From Cetorhinus maximus (Eukaryota), in NCBI RefSeq assembly GCF_964194155.1, contig NC_135886.1, positions 23,870,001 through 23,934,000 on the forward strand: DNA of 64,000 nt, read 5' to 3'. The notes under the pieces were generated by a model. That model was not told where the DNA came from. It did no database searches and worked only from the letters and a program-made list of their open reading frames with translations. This document shows positions 38,625-51,047 of this stretch, in pieces (position 1 is the stretch's first letter; the number at the start of each line of letters is the position of its first letter). The position numbers and the translations under genes are program-made.

Positions 38625-41044
38625 ATATCCTTTGTGCCAGAACTAGAACATATTCTTCCTGTTAGGTCCTCAAACGATAAGCTGTCAAAATAAAATTTGT
38701 CCATTATCATTTGTGAAAAAACTCATATAAAATGAAAAGTCTCCCGATGACCCAGTGGGTAAAGACACAAAGCACAGGGCACCAACCAATGTAACAGTTT
38801 GCTACACATACAGATCAGAACTGAATTGGGTTTGGTTGTGATGCACTCCACAGTTGAATATCCGGTCACCTCTAAAATGTTAACGCTCACAAGTGAAGGA
38901 AGTCCACTTGGACAATATAGTGAGTATCCACAGGTACACTTAGAGCAATGCTCCTGCCAATTCATCACCTTTGGGTTGGAGGGGGGAAAAAGATTATCAA
39001 TTTGAAAAAAATAAAATGGCATTTTGTTTCTGCAGATTTCAAAAACGTTAATGTTTATGTGAATTCTGTATACATGTTTCCTGTACAACTGTTACAAGGT
39101 GTGCTTTTGAGAAATTTATATTTAAGGTGTACAACCTTATGGTAGTGCAACCTGTACCACCACCATTCTAGACATGAAATATTGAATGTTAGGTGTTTGA
39201 ACCATTTTCAGACCTCCCTGCCAATCTATTATCATCCTTCAATAGACTTAGGAACTTGCCATGTCTGTCTGTGTAAATATGAAACATGACCTGGATCTAG
39301 GCCCTTGGAAGAACTCCTACTGCAGTAGATACAACAGAGGTAGACTGTCTGTGAAATATTGCACCTGAGACCTTTGTTGCTCTATGTTCTTTGATGTGAT
39401 TTATTCAACGGTTAAGAGTTCCTTCCTCTGTGGCTTGGAAGTTATGGGTGGGGTGGAGAATTATGCGGTGTGGAATAGCTTTGATGGTAAATACTAAAGC
39501 TTGTTTGAATTATTGTTCAGTTGCTGGTAATGTGCCTATTGGAGAAGGGCTTGAACCAGGGGTTTTGAGTTTTTAAACAGCTATGCTTACTTTGGTCAGT
39601 CACGCCTGCTGCCAGACAATACAGAAGCTCCTGGTGATTTATTGGAATATTTTCTGTCCACAATTGCAATGTCACTTGAACCTAGAATTATACAGGAATA
39701 TAAGGAATTGTTTGGACATTTGCCCAGGTTTCTCATACATTATACCTGAGGAGTGCTTTCATGTACAAGTCAGCTTGTGGGAATTGCTACTGGTATCCCA
39801 GAGAATGTCCTAAGGGACCAACTCTAATTTCCCAAATGTATAAAACAAATGAAGACCAGTCTTGAACTTAAATGTTATTTATCAAGAGTGTGCCAGTTGC
39901 TTGAATCAAAGGAATTAGAAGCACTCTTTAGTTCTCCTACCATGTAAATGCAATTATTACCTTAGCTAAGTATTTTTAATCATCATTTTAGTAATCAATA
40001 ACTCATTCTATGTTTTGTTGGAAAGGAGTTCATTAAGCATGTAATGTCTACTCCTTTTAATTTGAAGTAGCTTAAATCAAATTATCTATTAATTCATATT
40101 GAAATTGTTCAAAAATAGAAGCCTGCCATGCTGTTTTATTAAAATTGCTTCACGTTGACTGACAATTTTTTTAATCAAGGAAATGTAACCCAGTGCTTTT
40201 TACTTGGTGTATTAGCTTAGTTTAAAAGTATCACATCAAAACATCCTCATCACTAGCAAGACATCGAAATCGTATACCCCGGCTTGTGTCATAGGGTTAT
40301 TAGCCATGCAGCTTGGAGGAAAATACCTCATTGAAGAGCTCCCTTAGAAGGTTCTCAGAAATAAAACGTTCATGTAAGCAAGTCTTTATTGGAATTGTAC
40401 TGGTCCTAATTCATTTTCTGTGCCACGAAATCCATTCTCCAATGAATTTCCCTTTCTGCCAATTTTACCCTCTCCGCTGTTGGGCCTGATGTTTGTCTTG
40501 AGTCATTGTGCAGAACGGCTGATAATGTATTGGTGGAGCATTTACATTCTGCCACATTTTCCTTTCCCTCCCAAGACGTAGTCCTCTTCACACACACATC
40601 CCACCCCCCAACCATTTATTCCTTGTTGCGGTACAATTCTACAGGGAGTGCTCCTGCCACCATCCAATCCAGTTGACGTTCATGTGTAAGGCCCAGCTAG
40701 CTATTTAACTGTAATAGGCTTCATAATCAAATCCAAACCAATCTTTACTTAATATTCAAATATTAGTAGCTCTGGGATGGGGCTGTGGGGCACATGATGG
40801 AGTCTCTGCATTGTAACCAGAAGAGGCAACCCTCGCAATGTTCCCTTGTTTACCCAGGTTAGCCTAATGTAATGCAACCCTAGTTAGGATCAACTATTGC
40901 AGCACAGAATAATGGGTTACATTTAGGCCTTTCATTTCATTTCAGCTATTTACTGTGTAATCAAACTGGACTATGGAGGAGCTAGTAAACATATCTAATT
41001 GTAACTAATAATGGCTTTAATTGTTAGTGTTGTTTCACACTGAG

Positions 41045-41855
41045 AATCTTGTGGAAAATGTGGCTGCCATCACACCGTCCGAAGTGTTTGCCAAGATTCA
41101 AATTATCTGTCCGAAAAAAGATGCTAACTATTTGTTATTGGCCAAGATTGACATGGGACAAGTGCCAATATACTACCCCTGTGAATTCTAAAAGACATAT
41201 ATCCACAGACGTGGAAGGCCATGGCAAAACCTACTGCTGTGAAGCTTTCAGTGTACCACGGTTCACTAATTCCATGTGCAGGATCTGTAGTCCTGGAGTG
41301 CAAGTACATTCAATCCTCCTGGGTGTCACAGATGTTCCACATTATGGAAACTAAAGGCCCAGCGATTGCAGGTCAACTGGCATGTCATGACTTCACACTA
41401 GTCACAATCAGTGGAATCAGTCAGATATCATAAGGCACACCAACCTCAGAAACTACTCCTGTCACCTCAGTTCATGACCAAACTTTGAAATATCCAGAAT
41501 GTTTAGACAAAATTGGCAGTTTCAAGGGAGCTGAACCATTACACTTGCAGGAGGGTATAAGTCCATCAGTTGATCCACCATGTAAGTGCAGCATCCACTT
41601 ATAAGACAAATTGAAGATCAAATTAGATAAAATGGAGAAAGATGGAATCATTAGAAGAGTACAAGAGCATACAGATTGGTGCAGCCCAATCATGTATAAT
41701 AAAGAATGATAAATCATTGATTGTATGCCTCGATCCACGATGTTTAAATGCAACTTTGAAAAGTCCTTACAAAATACCCAAAATCAGAGATTTGCATGTG
41801 CAAAATTCTTTTCGAAGTTGATGACAAGTATGGTTAGTAGTCAGGATACCTGTTA
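41045..41855 (+). mobile_element. Gypsy/Ty3 LTR-retrotransposon internal remnant (protease to RT start)
   Basis: Frameshifted KID(T)G.SANILP protease-like motif near 41145; KLDKMEKDGIIRRVQEHTDWCSPI RT N-terminus near 41620-41690. Confidence 0.7.
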
Positions 41856-41861
41856 TGGTCG

Positions 41862-44800
41862 TTTGGTAGTATAGAACTTGAGTATTGTTGAAAAAAGAGA
41901 CATCTTGTCAAAGCTTTTCATCTTGCACTCATCAGAATAGATTTGCAAGAATACCAATTATAAAGTGAACAACAGTTTATACTGCATGAGAAGAGAGTGC
42001 TGATTGGTTGGCAAGTGAATTCTGATTGGTAGAGGCTGTGCCATGGAGGACTAACAGGATGCTGCTGTCACGCCAGAAAGACATTCTGCTTATTGCACAA
42101 ATGAGTAATGTGGTCCATGAACGTGCTGGTATCTTGTCAGGTATGTAGGCCGTATATCCCAGCGATTAGTGTATCATATCAAACAGCATGTTTCTTTGGC
42201 TATTTGCAACAAAGTATCGACTGTACCCAACCAGCTCATACTTGCAAAACTCAAAACATGGAATAACAGCTAATGTTGGATACTGTGATTAGGCAGCACT
42301 TGCTTAACAATCCTAATAGTACAAGAATTACACTGACAACCAATTTAAGGTCATCAGCTGACATTTTTGTTGAAGCTTTTCATCCTGCACTCATCAGGAC
42401 AATTCACAAGAAAATTCCAATGTCAGGAGAAACAATATATTTTACTGTATGAGAAGAGTGTGCTGATAAGTTAGCAAGTGGACTGTGGCTGTTAGAGGCA
42501 TTGCCATGGAGAATGTATCAGTTGATGATAGCTGACAGTTAACTGCCAAGCATTGTTTGAAATTTAAACCAGGCAGCTTGACTCTGACTGGTCAAGGCAT
42601 TACCCTGAGGAATGAGTCAACTAATGGCTGTCACTTATTTTGTTTAGCTGAAACAATATGTGTGCATGTTCTTTCTGTCTGCAAACAACTGGGCCTTGTG
42701 TATTAATATATGTGGCTTCCAGTACACGTAAATGCACTACACTGTGAGCCCAACTGGCAATCTTAAATTGGTTGTCAGCGTAATTCTTAGCACACTGAGG
42801 ATTATTTACCAATTGTTGTCCAATTGCAGAATCACATCTAATGTTGGGCACCGTGTTTTGAGTTTTATAGCACGGGCTGGTTGTGTATGGTCTGTACCTT
42901 GCCCATTTCAAAAAGTGGAAAAGACATGCTGTTTGATACATTCCGCCAGTCTTTGGGACATACAGCCTACATAACTAGCATCACACTGGCACTGAAATTC
43001 ATATACCACATTACTCATTTGTGTGATAGGCAGAACATCTTTTTGGCTTGACCACAGCATCTCTTTAGTGACGAATACCACTTGTGTTGCTACTGCATAA
43101 TAGCAGTGTGAAACAGTTAGCTTCACCTGTTGCTCAAATTTTTGAGATACTTTGTCCTTCCAGGGTAATCTGAGGTAGACTGGGCACTTTTCAGGGCCGA
43201 AAATGATGGCCTTGGGCCTGTCCGTGAGTTTACGCAATATATGGCATGAAATGATCTGATCAGGGTAGCCATTATCCCACAGAATATATTTGATGCACCC
43301 TATTTCAGCATCAAGCTTGTATGGTGAGCAGATGGCTTGGGACCTATTTACGAGGTTGCTGATAAGGCAAATCTTATAGCGTGTGGAACTGTAAGAGTCC
43401 CGATGTGTGTGTTGAACAGTGAATGTAGACTTACAGTAGACTGCAGAGATCCCCCTGGCTGATTTCTCAACTAGTATGTCAAGGAAAAGGGAGTTCATTT
43501 GACTGCTCCATTTCAAAGGTGAATTTGAATGCAGAATGGAGCCCATTAAGACATGCAAGGAAATTATTACATGCAGCTGCAGACTTAAATATAGCAAACG
43601 TATCATCCACATATCGGAAATATGCAAGGGGTAGGAGGTTAGGTGTCATTCCATCAAAGACGTGTTTCTTGTGGAACCCAACAAAGATTTTTTGCGAGAG
43701 CTGGGACTAGAGGGGATCCCATATCAACACCATCTATTTGGATATACTTTAAAACTGAACTCAACTGCATGAGTTGCTGAGTTCATAAGCTCGATGAATA
43801 CTGATTCACGCAACGGCGACGGGTTTAGATCACCACGTTATAGTGCTGCAGCGCAAATGTCTATGGCTTCCTTAAGCGGAACATTGGTGAATAGGTAAAC
43901 AATGTCAAATGAGCACATGGACACAGCATTATTATCGTTATGCAAGCACTGTATGGTCCTCGCAAATGTGAAGGAATCCGTCACCGTGTATGTGGAAAAC
44001 TTGCTGAAAACTGGTTGTAACAATTCACCCAACCATTTGGCCAGTTCATGCTGTGCGGAACCGGTCATAGATGAAATAGGGCATAAAGGGACATCATTTT
44101 TGTGCACCCTGGGCAGCCTATACATACTCGGATGCAGCGAGCCGTGAGGATGAACCCTGTCATATATATCTCGCGGCAGCTCATTGCTCTTACAAAAGTC
44201 CAGCAAGCGTCTGTGTTTTTTAGTTTATTTTCAAGCAAGGCTGTCCGGTCATGTTGAGCAGCAGATCCAATGGATATGAATTTTGACCCGTCATTAAGAA
44301 TGGTGTTTTGTTGATATAGTCATTCCTGTTAAGGATGACTGTTCCTGTACCTTTGTCAGGCTTACTGATGTGTATGTCTGGGTTGGCCATAAGACCTGGC
44401 AATGCAGTAGGATATTCGCGTTGCATGAGAAAATCAGACTGGTCATTCAGAATCCTGCAATATGCGTGCGCCAGATCAGCACTCTCTTCTCATATAGTAT
44501 AAATATGTTGCTTACCCGGCATTGGTATTTCTTGCGAATTGTCCTGATGAGTGCAAGATGAAAAGCTTCAATGAAAAATATCTTTTTTTTCTCAGCGATA
44601 CTCAAGTTCTGTACTACTAAACGACTATTTGAGATTATCAGTTGGGCTCACTAACGTGTGCTAGAACCTATATATATTAACACACAGGACCCTGTCCTTT
44701 GCAGACAGAAGGAGCATATCCACACAGTGCGCCTTTTTTCAACCAAACAAAAGCTTGGGGGGACAGCCATTCCCTGGCTCATTCCCCATGGCAATGCCTC

Positions 44801-44960
44801 TACCAGTCAGAGTCCACTTGCCAACCAATCAGCATTCTTTTCTCATGCAGTGTACATTGTTGTTCCCTTTGAGATTTGGTACTCATGCAAATCTGTCCCG
44901 CTGAGTGCAAGATGAAAAGCTTCAACACCATGTCTCTTTTTTCAGCATTACTCACGTTTC
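41862..44960 (-). mobile_element. Penelope family B composite: near full-length decayed RT-GIY-YIG element (about 42360-44400, minus) flanked by direct and inverted partial repeats
   Basis: KPDKGTGTVILN, Y.LP.VHK..VPL.PI.S, SFDIVYLFTNVP, GSPL.P.LA.IF, YFRYVDD, NVVYEFQCQCDASYVG; pLTR copies at 41862-42050(-), 42360-42620(-), 44470-44625(+), 44765-44960(+). Confidence 0.9.
44539..44574 (+). ncRNA. Minimal type-I hammerhead motif (family B)
   Basis: ttgtc-CTGATGA-gt gcaag at-GAAA-AGCT-TC; other copies give a consensus 3' stem-I strand gacaa complementary to ttgtc. Confidence 0.72.
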
Positions 44961-45135
44961 TATATTCTGGTTTGGAAAGGGTACTGTCAAAAGGATGTTA
45001 AAAGCTCAGGAAGATTTATAAGTTTTATAACAGTTATGCTGCTTTAACATCAAGCATTTCTTACCCACATTGGATAATACTAGCAATGAGCTATTAATTA
45101 CTATTACTCTGCAATTTAAGTATTTAAAACCAGTT

Positions 45136-45316
45136 CAGGCAGCGTCTGTGGGGGGGAAAATAGGGTTAAACATTTCAGGTCTGTGACCTGTCATGAAAGC
45201 TTTTATCTATGCTTTTCTCTCCACGGATGCCGCCTGTCCTGCATTTCCAGAATATTTCCAGCATTTTGTTTGTTTTTATTTCAGATTTCCAGCATCTGCT
45301 ATATTTTGTTTTTGTT
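45136..45316. repeat. Decayed Penelope family A fold-back just upstream of the exon
   Basis: aggcagcgtctgtgg...aacatttcaggtctgtgacctgtcat...tctccacggatgccgcct...tttttatttcagatttccagcatctgc. Confidence 0.75.
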
Positions 45317-45365
45317 TAAGACCAGATCTCTGTGCTGAACACTAACATAAATCTCTGTTCCTCAG

Positions 45366-45588
45366 GTAACCACTGTGAAGTGAATTCCCGGTCAGGCCGA
45401 TGTTCTCCTGGAATTTGTCGGAATGGTGGAACGTGCGTTAACCTGCTGGTCGGAGGTTTCAAGTGCGACTGCCTTCCAGGAGAATATGAGAAGCCATATT
45501 GCGAGATGACCACTCGGAGCTTCCCTCCACAGTCATTCATAACCTTCAAAGGGTTGCGACAACGCTTTCACTTCAGCATCTCACTCAT
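45366..45588 (+). CDS. CELSR1: Internal coding exon (223 bp, phase 1 to phase 2) of a CELSR/Flamingo adhesion GPCR: EGF-like domain plus start of laminin-G domain 1; probably the CELSR1 exon-3 orthologue
   Basis: Translation (G)NHCEVNSRSGRCSPGICRNGGTCVNLLVGGFKCDCLPGEYEKPYCEMTTRSFPPQSFITFKGLRQRFHFSISL has EGF Cys spacing and the CELSR hallmark TTRSFP..SF.TF.GLRQRFHF. Acceptor tctctgttcctcAG ends at 45365, branch-point-like CACTAAC at 45340-45346, donor GTAAGT at 45589. The paralog call (CELSR1 over CELSR2) rests on PGEYE/PPQSF recalled from memory and is less certain than the family call. Confidence 0.92.
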
Positions 45589-46671
45589 GTAAGTAAAGTC
45601 TTGCCAGTTACTGTGTCTTGCTTCACCCAATGACTATTCCCTGGTAGCTCAGTTGGTGCGTGCATGGTTGAGTGTGAAAGTTTGCCATACTGACCAGAAT
45701 GGTCATAGAGTCAAACCCAATTGTGTGCTGAATTGGGTGATGTCAGCTTGGCCATCAGAAATAGTCTCGGCACCACAGACTGAGGACAGTGGGCAAACTC
45801 CTAATCACCATCCAGTTCGACAACAGCCATGTGAATAATAGTTAGCAATACTGTACAAATCTGTAGCTTGTCAGATTTATAATAATGTAGCCTAAGGCCC
45901 AATATTGCATGTGTCTCAGGCCTATTCATTCAGGCACAGGGATGGCTCTCTATGCACCCATATTTTGGATAGGCCTTTTACGTCTAGGTCAAGATTGGTG
46001 ACTTGGGCAACTATTGGTTGCATGTTCGCTTCAGCCTGTTGTCAGGAGAGGAGAGGACAAAGTACTGCAAGTTGTAAACACTACCAATGGCATTAGCGGA
46101 AAAGGAAGTAGACTCTGCAGGAAAATACTCTTGCGTTCATTAAATAGCAGCAATTGCATGAATGTAAGACAAATATTTAACTCATAGCTGAAATGGGAAC
46201 TTACGGACAAGCATAACATACCTATCTAGCCTCCAAACAGCACTTCTTCATTTATTTGTTTTTAAACAAGGATTGTCACAAGGATTTCTAGAACTGCTAA
46301 TGCTATTTTCCAAGAAATTGGCTAATTGGTTTTGGCCTGTTCGATAGTTGATAATCTGTAACACATTTGATTTTCATCTTATCCATTTTGAAATCTCTGA
46401 CCCCATGTGGGACAATGTAGAATTTATGTGAGTGTTGGTAACAATTCCATATCCCAAGAAAGTGATGAGCCACTGCAGTGGTAATAAGATAACTAATGAG
46501 CATCTCAGAGGTACCACACAAGGCAGAATCAGCAATTTTTACTCATTAGAAATGACAGTCATTTGTTTTGGTTTAATAATACGATCGAATTTAATAAATA
46601 CCACTTGTGAAAATAAGCAGAGTTTAAGTGGGTTTGCGATCTGCATTATTCTTGCTGTTCATAAATCCAAA

Positions 46672-46985
46672 CCCTCCAAACCCACGACCTCTATCACTTA
46701 GAAGGACAAGGGCATCAAATGCATGGGGACATCACAACCTCCACATTCTCCCCCAAGTCACACACCATCTTGACTTGGAACTATGTTGCCGTCCGTTCCT
46801 TCACTGACACTGGGGCAAAATCCTGGAACTCCCTCCCTAACAGCACTGTGGGTGTACCTACACCATATGGACTGCAGCGGTTCAAGGACGCAGCTCACCA
46901 CCACCTTCTTGAGGGCGATTAGGGATGGCAATTAGGGATGGGGAATAAATGCTGGCCTAGCCAGCAATGCCCCACATCCCACGAA
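46672..46985 (+). mobile_element. 3' tail of the 34483-37695 LINE family
   Basis: Matches 32900-33200 and the reverse complement of 34490-34780. Confidence 0.85.
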
Positions 46986-47207
46986 AAATTGTCACACTTA
47001 GTGGATCCTCATCATTGACAGGTCTATGAGATCTGAAGAAGGAGGTATCGAGAAAGAAAAATACCTGGTGAGTTGAATATTAAGCACATTTCATTTTGTC
47101 TCAAGTATCTCGCAGTGTTTCATATTCTAGTCAACAATGAAAGCTCATATGGAGAACCCATCTTGTTTTGTAATGGAAAAGATGAAACACATGATACAGT
47201 GAGCCAC

Positions 47208-47525
47208 TTGGTAGTATAGAACTTGAATATTGTTGAAAAGAGAGACATGGGCCAAAGTTTTTCATGTTGCACTCATCAGGGCAAACGCAAGAATACCAAA
47301 GTACAAACGATCACAGCAATACATACTACAGGAGGAAAGGGTGCTGATTGGTTGGCATGTCGACTCTGATTGGCTGAGGCATTGCCATGGAGAAAGCAAT
47401 GGGGAATAATAGGCACCCTATGCTCCCGGGTAATTCAAAAAATGCACAATACTTGAACACGTTCCTTGCATTCGTCCTGATGAATGCAAGAGGAAAAGCT
47501 TCAACAACATGTCTCTTCTTTTTAA
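47208..47525. repeat. Penelope family B terminal repeats in inverted arrangement, one hammerhead remnant per arm
   Basis: Minus-strand motif 47255-47279 (CTGATGAgtgcaacatGAAA); plus-strand motif 47477-47502 (CTGATGAatgcaagagGAAAAGCTTC). Confidence 0.8.
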
Positions 47526-47558
47526 GAATACATTCTACAAGCCTAGATTTTTAAAAAA

Positions 47559-47860
47559 AATCATTCATGGGATGTGGGCATCGCTGGCTAGGTCAGCCTT
47601 CATTGTCCATCCCTAATTGCCCTTGTTCATAGGGCATTTAAAAGTCAACCACGGCCAGACCAGATGGTATATGTAAGGACATTAGTGAACCAGATAGATT
47701 TTCACAAAAATTGACAATGGTTTCTTGATCATCATTAGACTTTTCATTCCAAATTTTTATTGAATTCCAATTCCACCATCCGCTGTGGCAGGATTCGAAC
47801 CCAGAGCATTACCATTGGATTACTAGTCCACTGACAATACCATTACACCATTGCCTCCCC
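47559..47860 (-). mobile_element. tRNA-headed SINE equal to the 5' head plus 3' tail of the 34483-37695 LINE
   Basis: 47625-47860 aligns with 37442-37695; 47559-47625 aligns with 34483-34549; B box GTTCGAATCC at 47791-47800. Confidence 0.88.
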
Positions 47861-48839
47861 ATAAGAAAGAATTACCTCGCTGCTCAGTTGGATGTTGTAT
47901 ATTTTTTTTTTTGAAAGGGTTCTCTTAAGGTATGGTCTTTTGTCAGGACTGTCAAAGATCTTTTCCCACATGAGATGTTCAGTTACCATTTCTGAGGTGT
48001 CAATTCACTCTCGAAATATAAATCTGGCTAAAAATGACAAAATGTCACATGGACCCCAGGAGAAAGTCAATAAAATTATTATATTCTTTTCTCCGGTTCC
48101 TTATTCTCTTTTCCCTGTTTTTCTTTGCTCTCTGTTTTCCTTTTCTATGTTTACTTTTTCTGTATTATTCTTCCTGTTTTTACAGTCCATTTAGCTGTTG
48201 GATTCGTAAAGTGATTTCACTACCTGAAGAACAGGGGGACAACAAGAGAGCAATGCATTCAAAGGCAATAGAGAAGGCCTTTTAGTGAAGCTTTAAACAT
48301 ATAGTTTAAATCGGTTGCTATTACTTTGGGTGTTGGAGCAGTTGTGCCTCCAAAGTGACCTTTTTATTTGCTGTGGGAAGAAACAAGGAAAAAAATCAGA
48401 AAATACAAGCACAGTGCATAGACATGAGAGATTGCAACTTTTAAGTTGGAGATAACAATTTTCCATGGGAACCTTGTTGACCATAGAAGGATTGATAGAT
48501 GTATTATGGAATGGAATCGGAATGATTGTTGTGATTAGATTGGAGGAGGGCCAATTTCAGTGGGGTGAGTACAAACCTGTCCCTAGTAAATTGGAATCAA
48601 AGATTGGCACGCCAAATGGTAACAAAGCAATAGGCTGTCTTTACAGAGGAGATAATTCAGGTTCGGTCAAAATACACTCCCATGGAGGGAAAAGGTAGGG
48701 CAAGCAAAGCCAGAGATCCCTGGATATAAGAGAGATAAGGAGGAAGATGAAGCTGATAAAAGGAGCGCTTGACAGATGTCAAGTTGATAATACAAGGGAG
48801 AATCATGGCGTAAGGATAAACCCAGTCAGCACAAGCCAA

Positions 48840-50510
48840 TGATTTTAACCTTAAGATGTGGAAAAGCTTTTAGAAAATCCGGGACAAGTGCAGATTAATT
48901 AGGGAAAGCCGGCACTGTGTTTAACTACCTTTCTTGCATTTTTTGATTAGGTAATAGAGGTGTTTGATCAGGGTAATAGACTTGGTGTGGTGAACATAGA
49001 CTTCCAAAAAGCTTTTGATCAAGTGCCACATAATAGACTTGCCAGCATTGTTGAAGCTGATGAAATAAAAGGGAAAGTGGCAACATGGATATGAAGGTGG
49101 CTGAGTGACAGAAAGCAGAGAGTAGTGTGAATTTCTGTTTTTCAGACTGGAGGAAAGTATACAGTGGGGTTCGGCAGGGGTTGGTGTTATGATTACTGCT
49201 TTTCTTGATGCGTGTTAATGACTGAGACAGGAGTGTGCACGGCACAATTTCAACATTTGAAGATGACAAAAACTTGGAAGCGTTATGAACTGTGGAGAAG
49301 ATAGTGATCAAGGACAAACTGGTGGCATGGGTGGATATGAGGCAGATGAAACAGAGTGACCTGTAGACATGTAGAGGCTGCCAGCTTAATGGTGACTTTT
49401 CTGCAGCAGTCTTGGCGGGGCGCTATCAGAGCTGGAGGCTCCATCCCCTAAAGAGGGGGCCACTGGCAGTAAAAGCCGCACCTGCGGCTAATGCGGCCAA
49501 TTGGAGGGGCCTGTCTGCTTGGTTCCTCTAAAAACTTTATTAATTATCACCCCTCTGAAGGTATCTCTATTTTGAGACACCCTTATGTTTTCCTACCTGC
49601 TTCGGCAGCATCCACCTCCCTCGGTGGGGCTGCTGAGGTTCTATAACTGTGGTTAGAAGCCTATGATTGGGCCAGCAGCACCGGGATCCTGCCTGCAGTC
49701 CTTAGTTGGATGGTGAACTTGGAGGTGGTCAATTAGGAGGTCGCCTCTGGGGATAATATCTCCTCCAGCCTGGTTCCCAACAAGTGTGGGCTCGGGACCC
49801 CAAAGCCAGGGTCTCGAAGCCCATGGCAAAATCCTGCCCCTCATGTCCATTTTTGGTTGCTACACTTTAAGAACAATGTGAAGGTTTTAGAGATGGTGCA
49901 GAAAAATTACGAGAATAATTCCAGGGATGAGGCACTTCAGTTTTGTGGATGGAGAAGCTGGGATTGTTTTCCTTAGAGTAGGGACGATTAAGAGGAGATT
50001 TGATAAAAGTGCTCCCCATCTAATTGAGGATTGCAGACAGGCTCCTGATGCTGCTGGCCCAATCACAGGGCTCTAACCACAGCTAGAACGTCAGCAGCCC
50101 CACCGAGAAGCAGGTAGGAAACCGTGAGTGTGCCTCAAAATAGAGACACCCTCAGAGGGGTCTAGATGGAGTAAAAAAAGAGAAACTGTTCCCAATGGTA
50201 GAAGGCTTGAGAACAAGAGGCCACTCATTTAAGGTGATTGGCAAAAGAATCAATGGCGACATGATGGAAAACCTTATTACATAGCGATTGGTTGGGACCT
50301 GGATTACACTGCTTGAGTGTGTGGTGGAGGCAGATAATGTGGTGGAGGAGGGGGGGGGGTGCTTTCAAAAGGGAATTGGATAAGCACCTGAAAAGAAAAA
50401 AGATGTGCAGCGGGAGGATAAGGGCAGGGGAGTGGGACTAGTTGAATTGTTCTTGCACAGACATTACGAGCCAAATGGCCTCCTCCTGTGCTGTTACCGT
50501 TATGATTCTA
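48840..50510 (+). mobile_element. Decayed CR1 LINE interrupted by a MITE and an inverted insertion
   Basis: gacttccaaaaagcttttgatcaagtgccacat (DFQKAFD.VPH), tttgaagatgacaaaaac (F.DD.K), tail ccaaatggcctcctcctgtgctg...tatgattcta. Confidence 0.85.
49370..49839. mobile_element. Harbinger-like MITE, left end lost or unclear
   Basis: GC-rich block ending GGCAAAATCCTGCCC (same TIR class); CR1 resumes after it. Confidence 0.65.
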
Positions 50511-51047
50511 GTGTTTGAAGGTGTTATGTTTGGTGGCGGGTTTTTGGAGCTGTGGTGTTTTGATGCTGTGGTATTTTGGTGTTGTGGTGTTTGTTTGTTG
50601 CTAGTATTGTAAGCCTGAAGGCCCTATTGGCTGCTTTTGTAATGATTTTATTATGCTTTGTGTCAATGATGTTTGTGTGAAATTTACCTGCTGGGTGGTT
50701 TGAGTGCCTTGTAATTATTCTGAACTTTGAATTGCTACACAGCGTTGTTTGTAAACTGTCTGAATTTGAGTTTGCAAACTCTTCGCTTGCTTGTGCTTCA
50801 CATTGTTGGAGATTACTCAAATCAAATCTTCATCTTTGGGGTGTAATCTCCTTCATTTTAGAAGCCTGTCAGGATAATGCCAACATGGAGAATAAAATCT
50901 GAAGTAATATGTAATTAAATAGGTTTTATTTCCTCTGCCTTTCATTTTGAGTTCTGCAATTGTTTTCTCTTATAATGGGTAATATTATACAGTGTTGATT
51001 AGCTGGTGCTCCAGTACAAGTGGTGTGAAGAGTGCTGCAGCCTATCT

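Noticed and set aside
45332-45592. 86-aa ORF as a standalone small protein
   Set aside because: It is an internal exon bounded by AG/GT; the start and stop lie in intron sequence.
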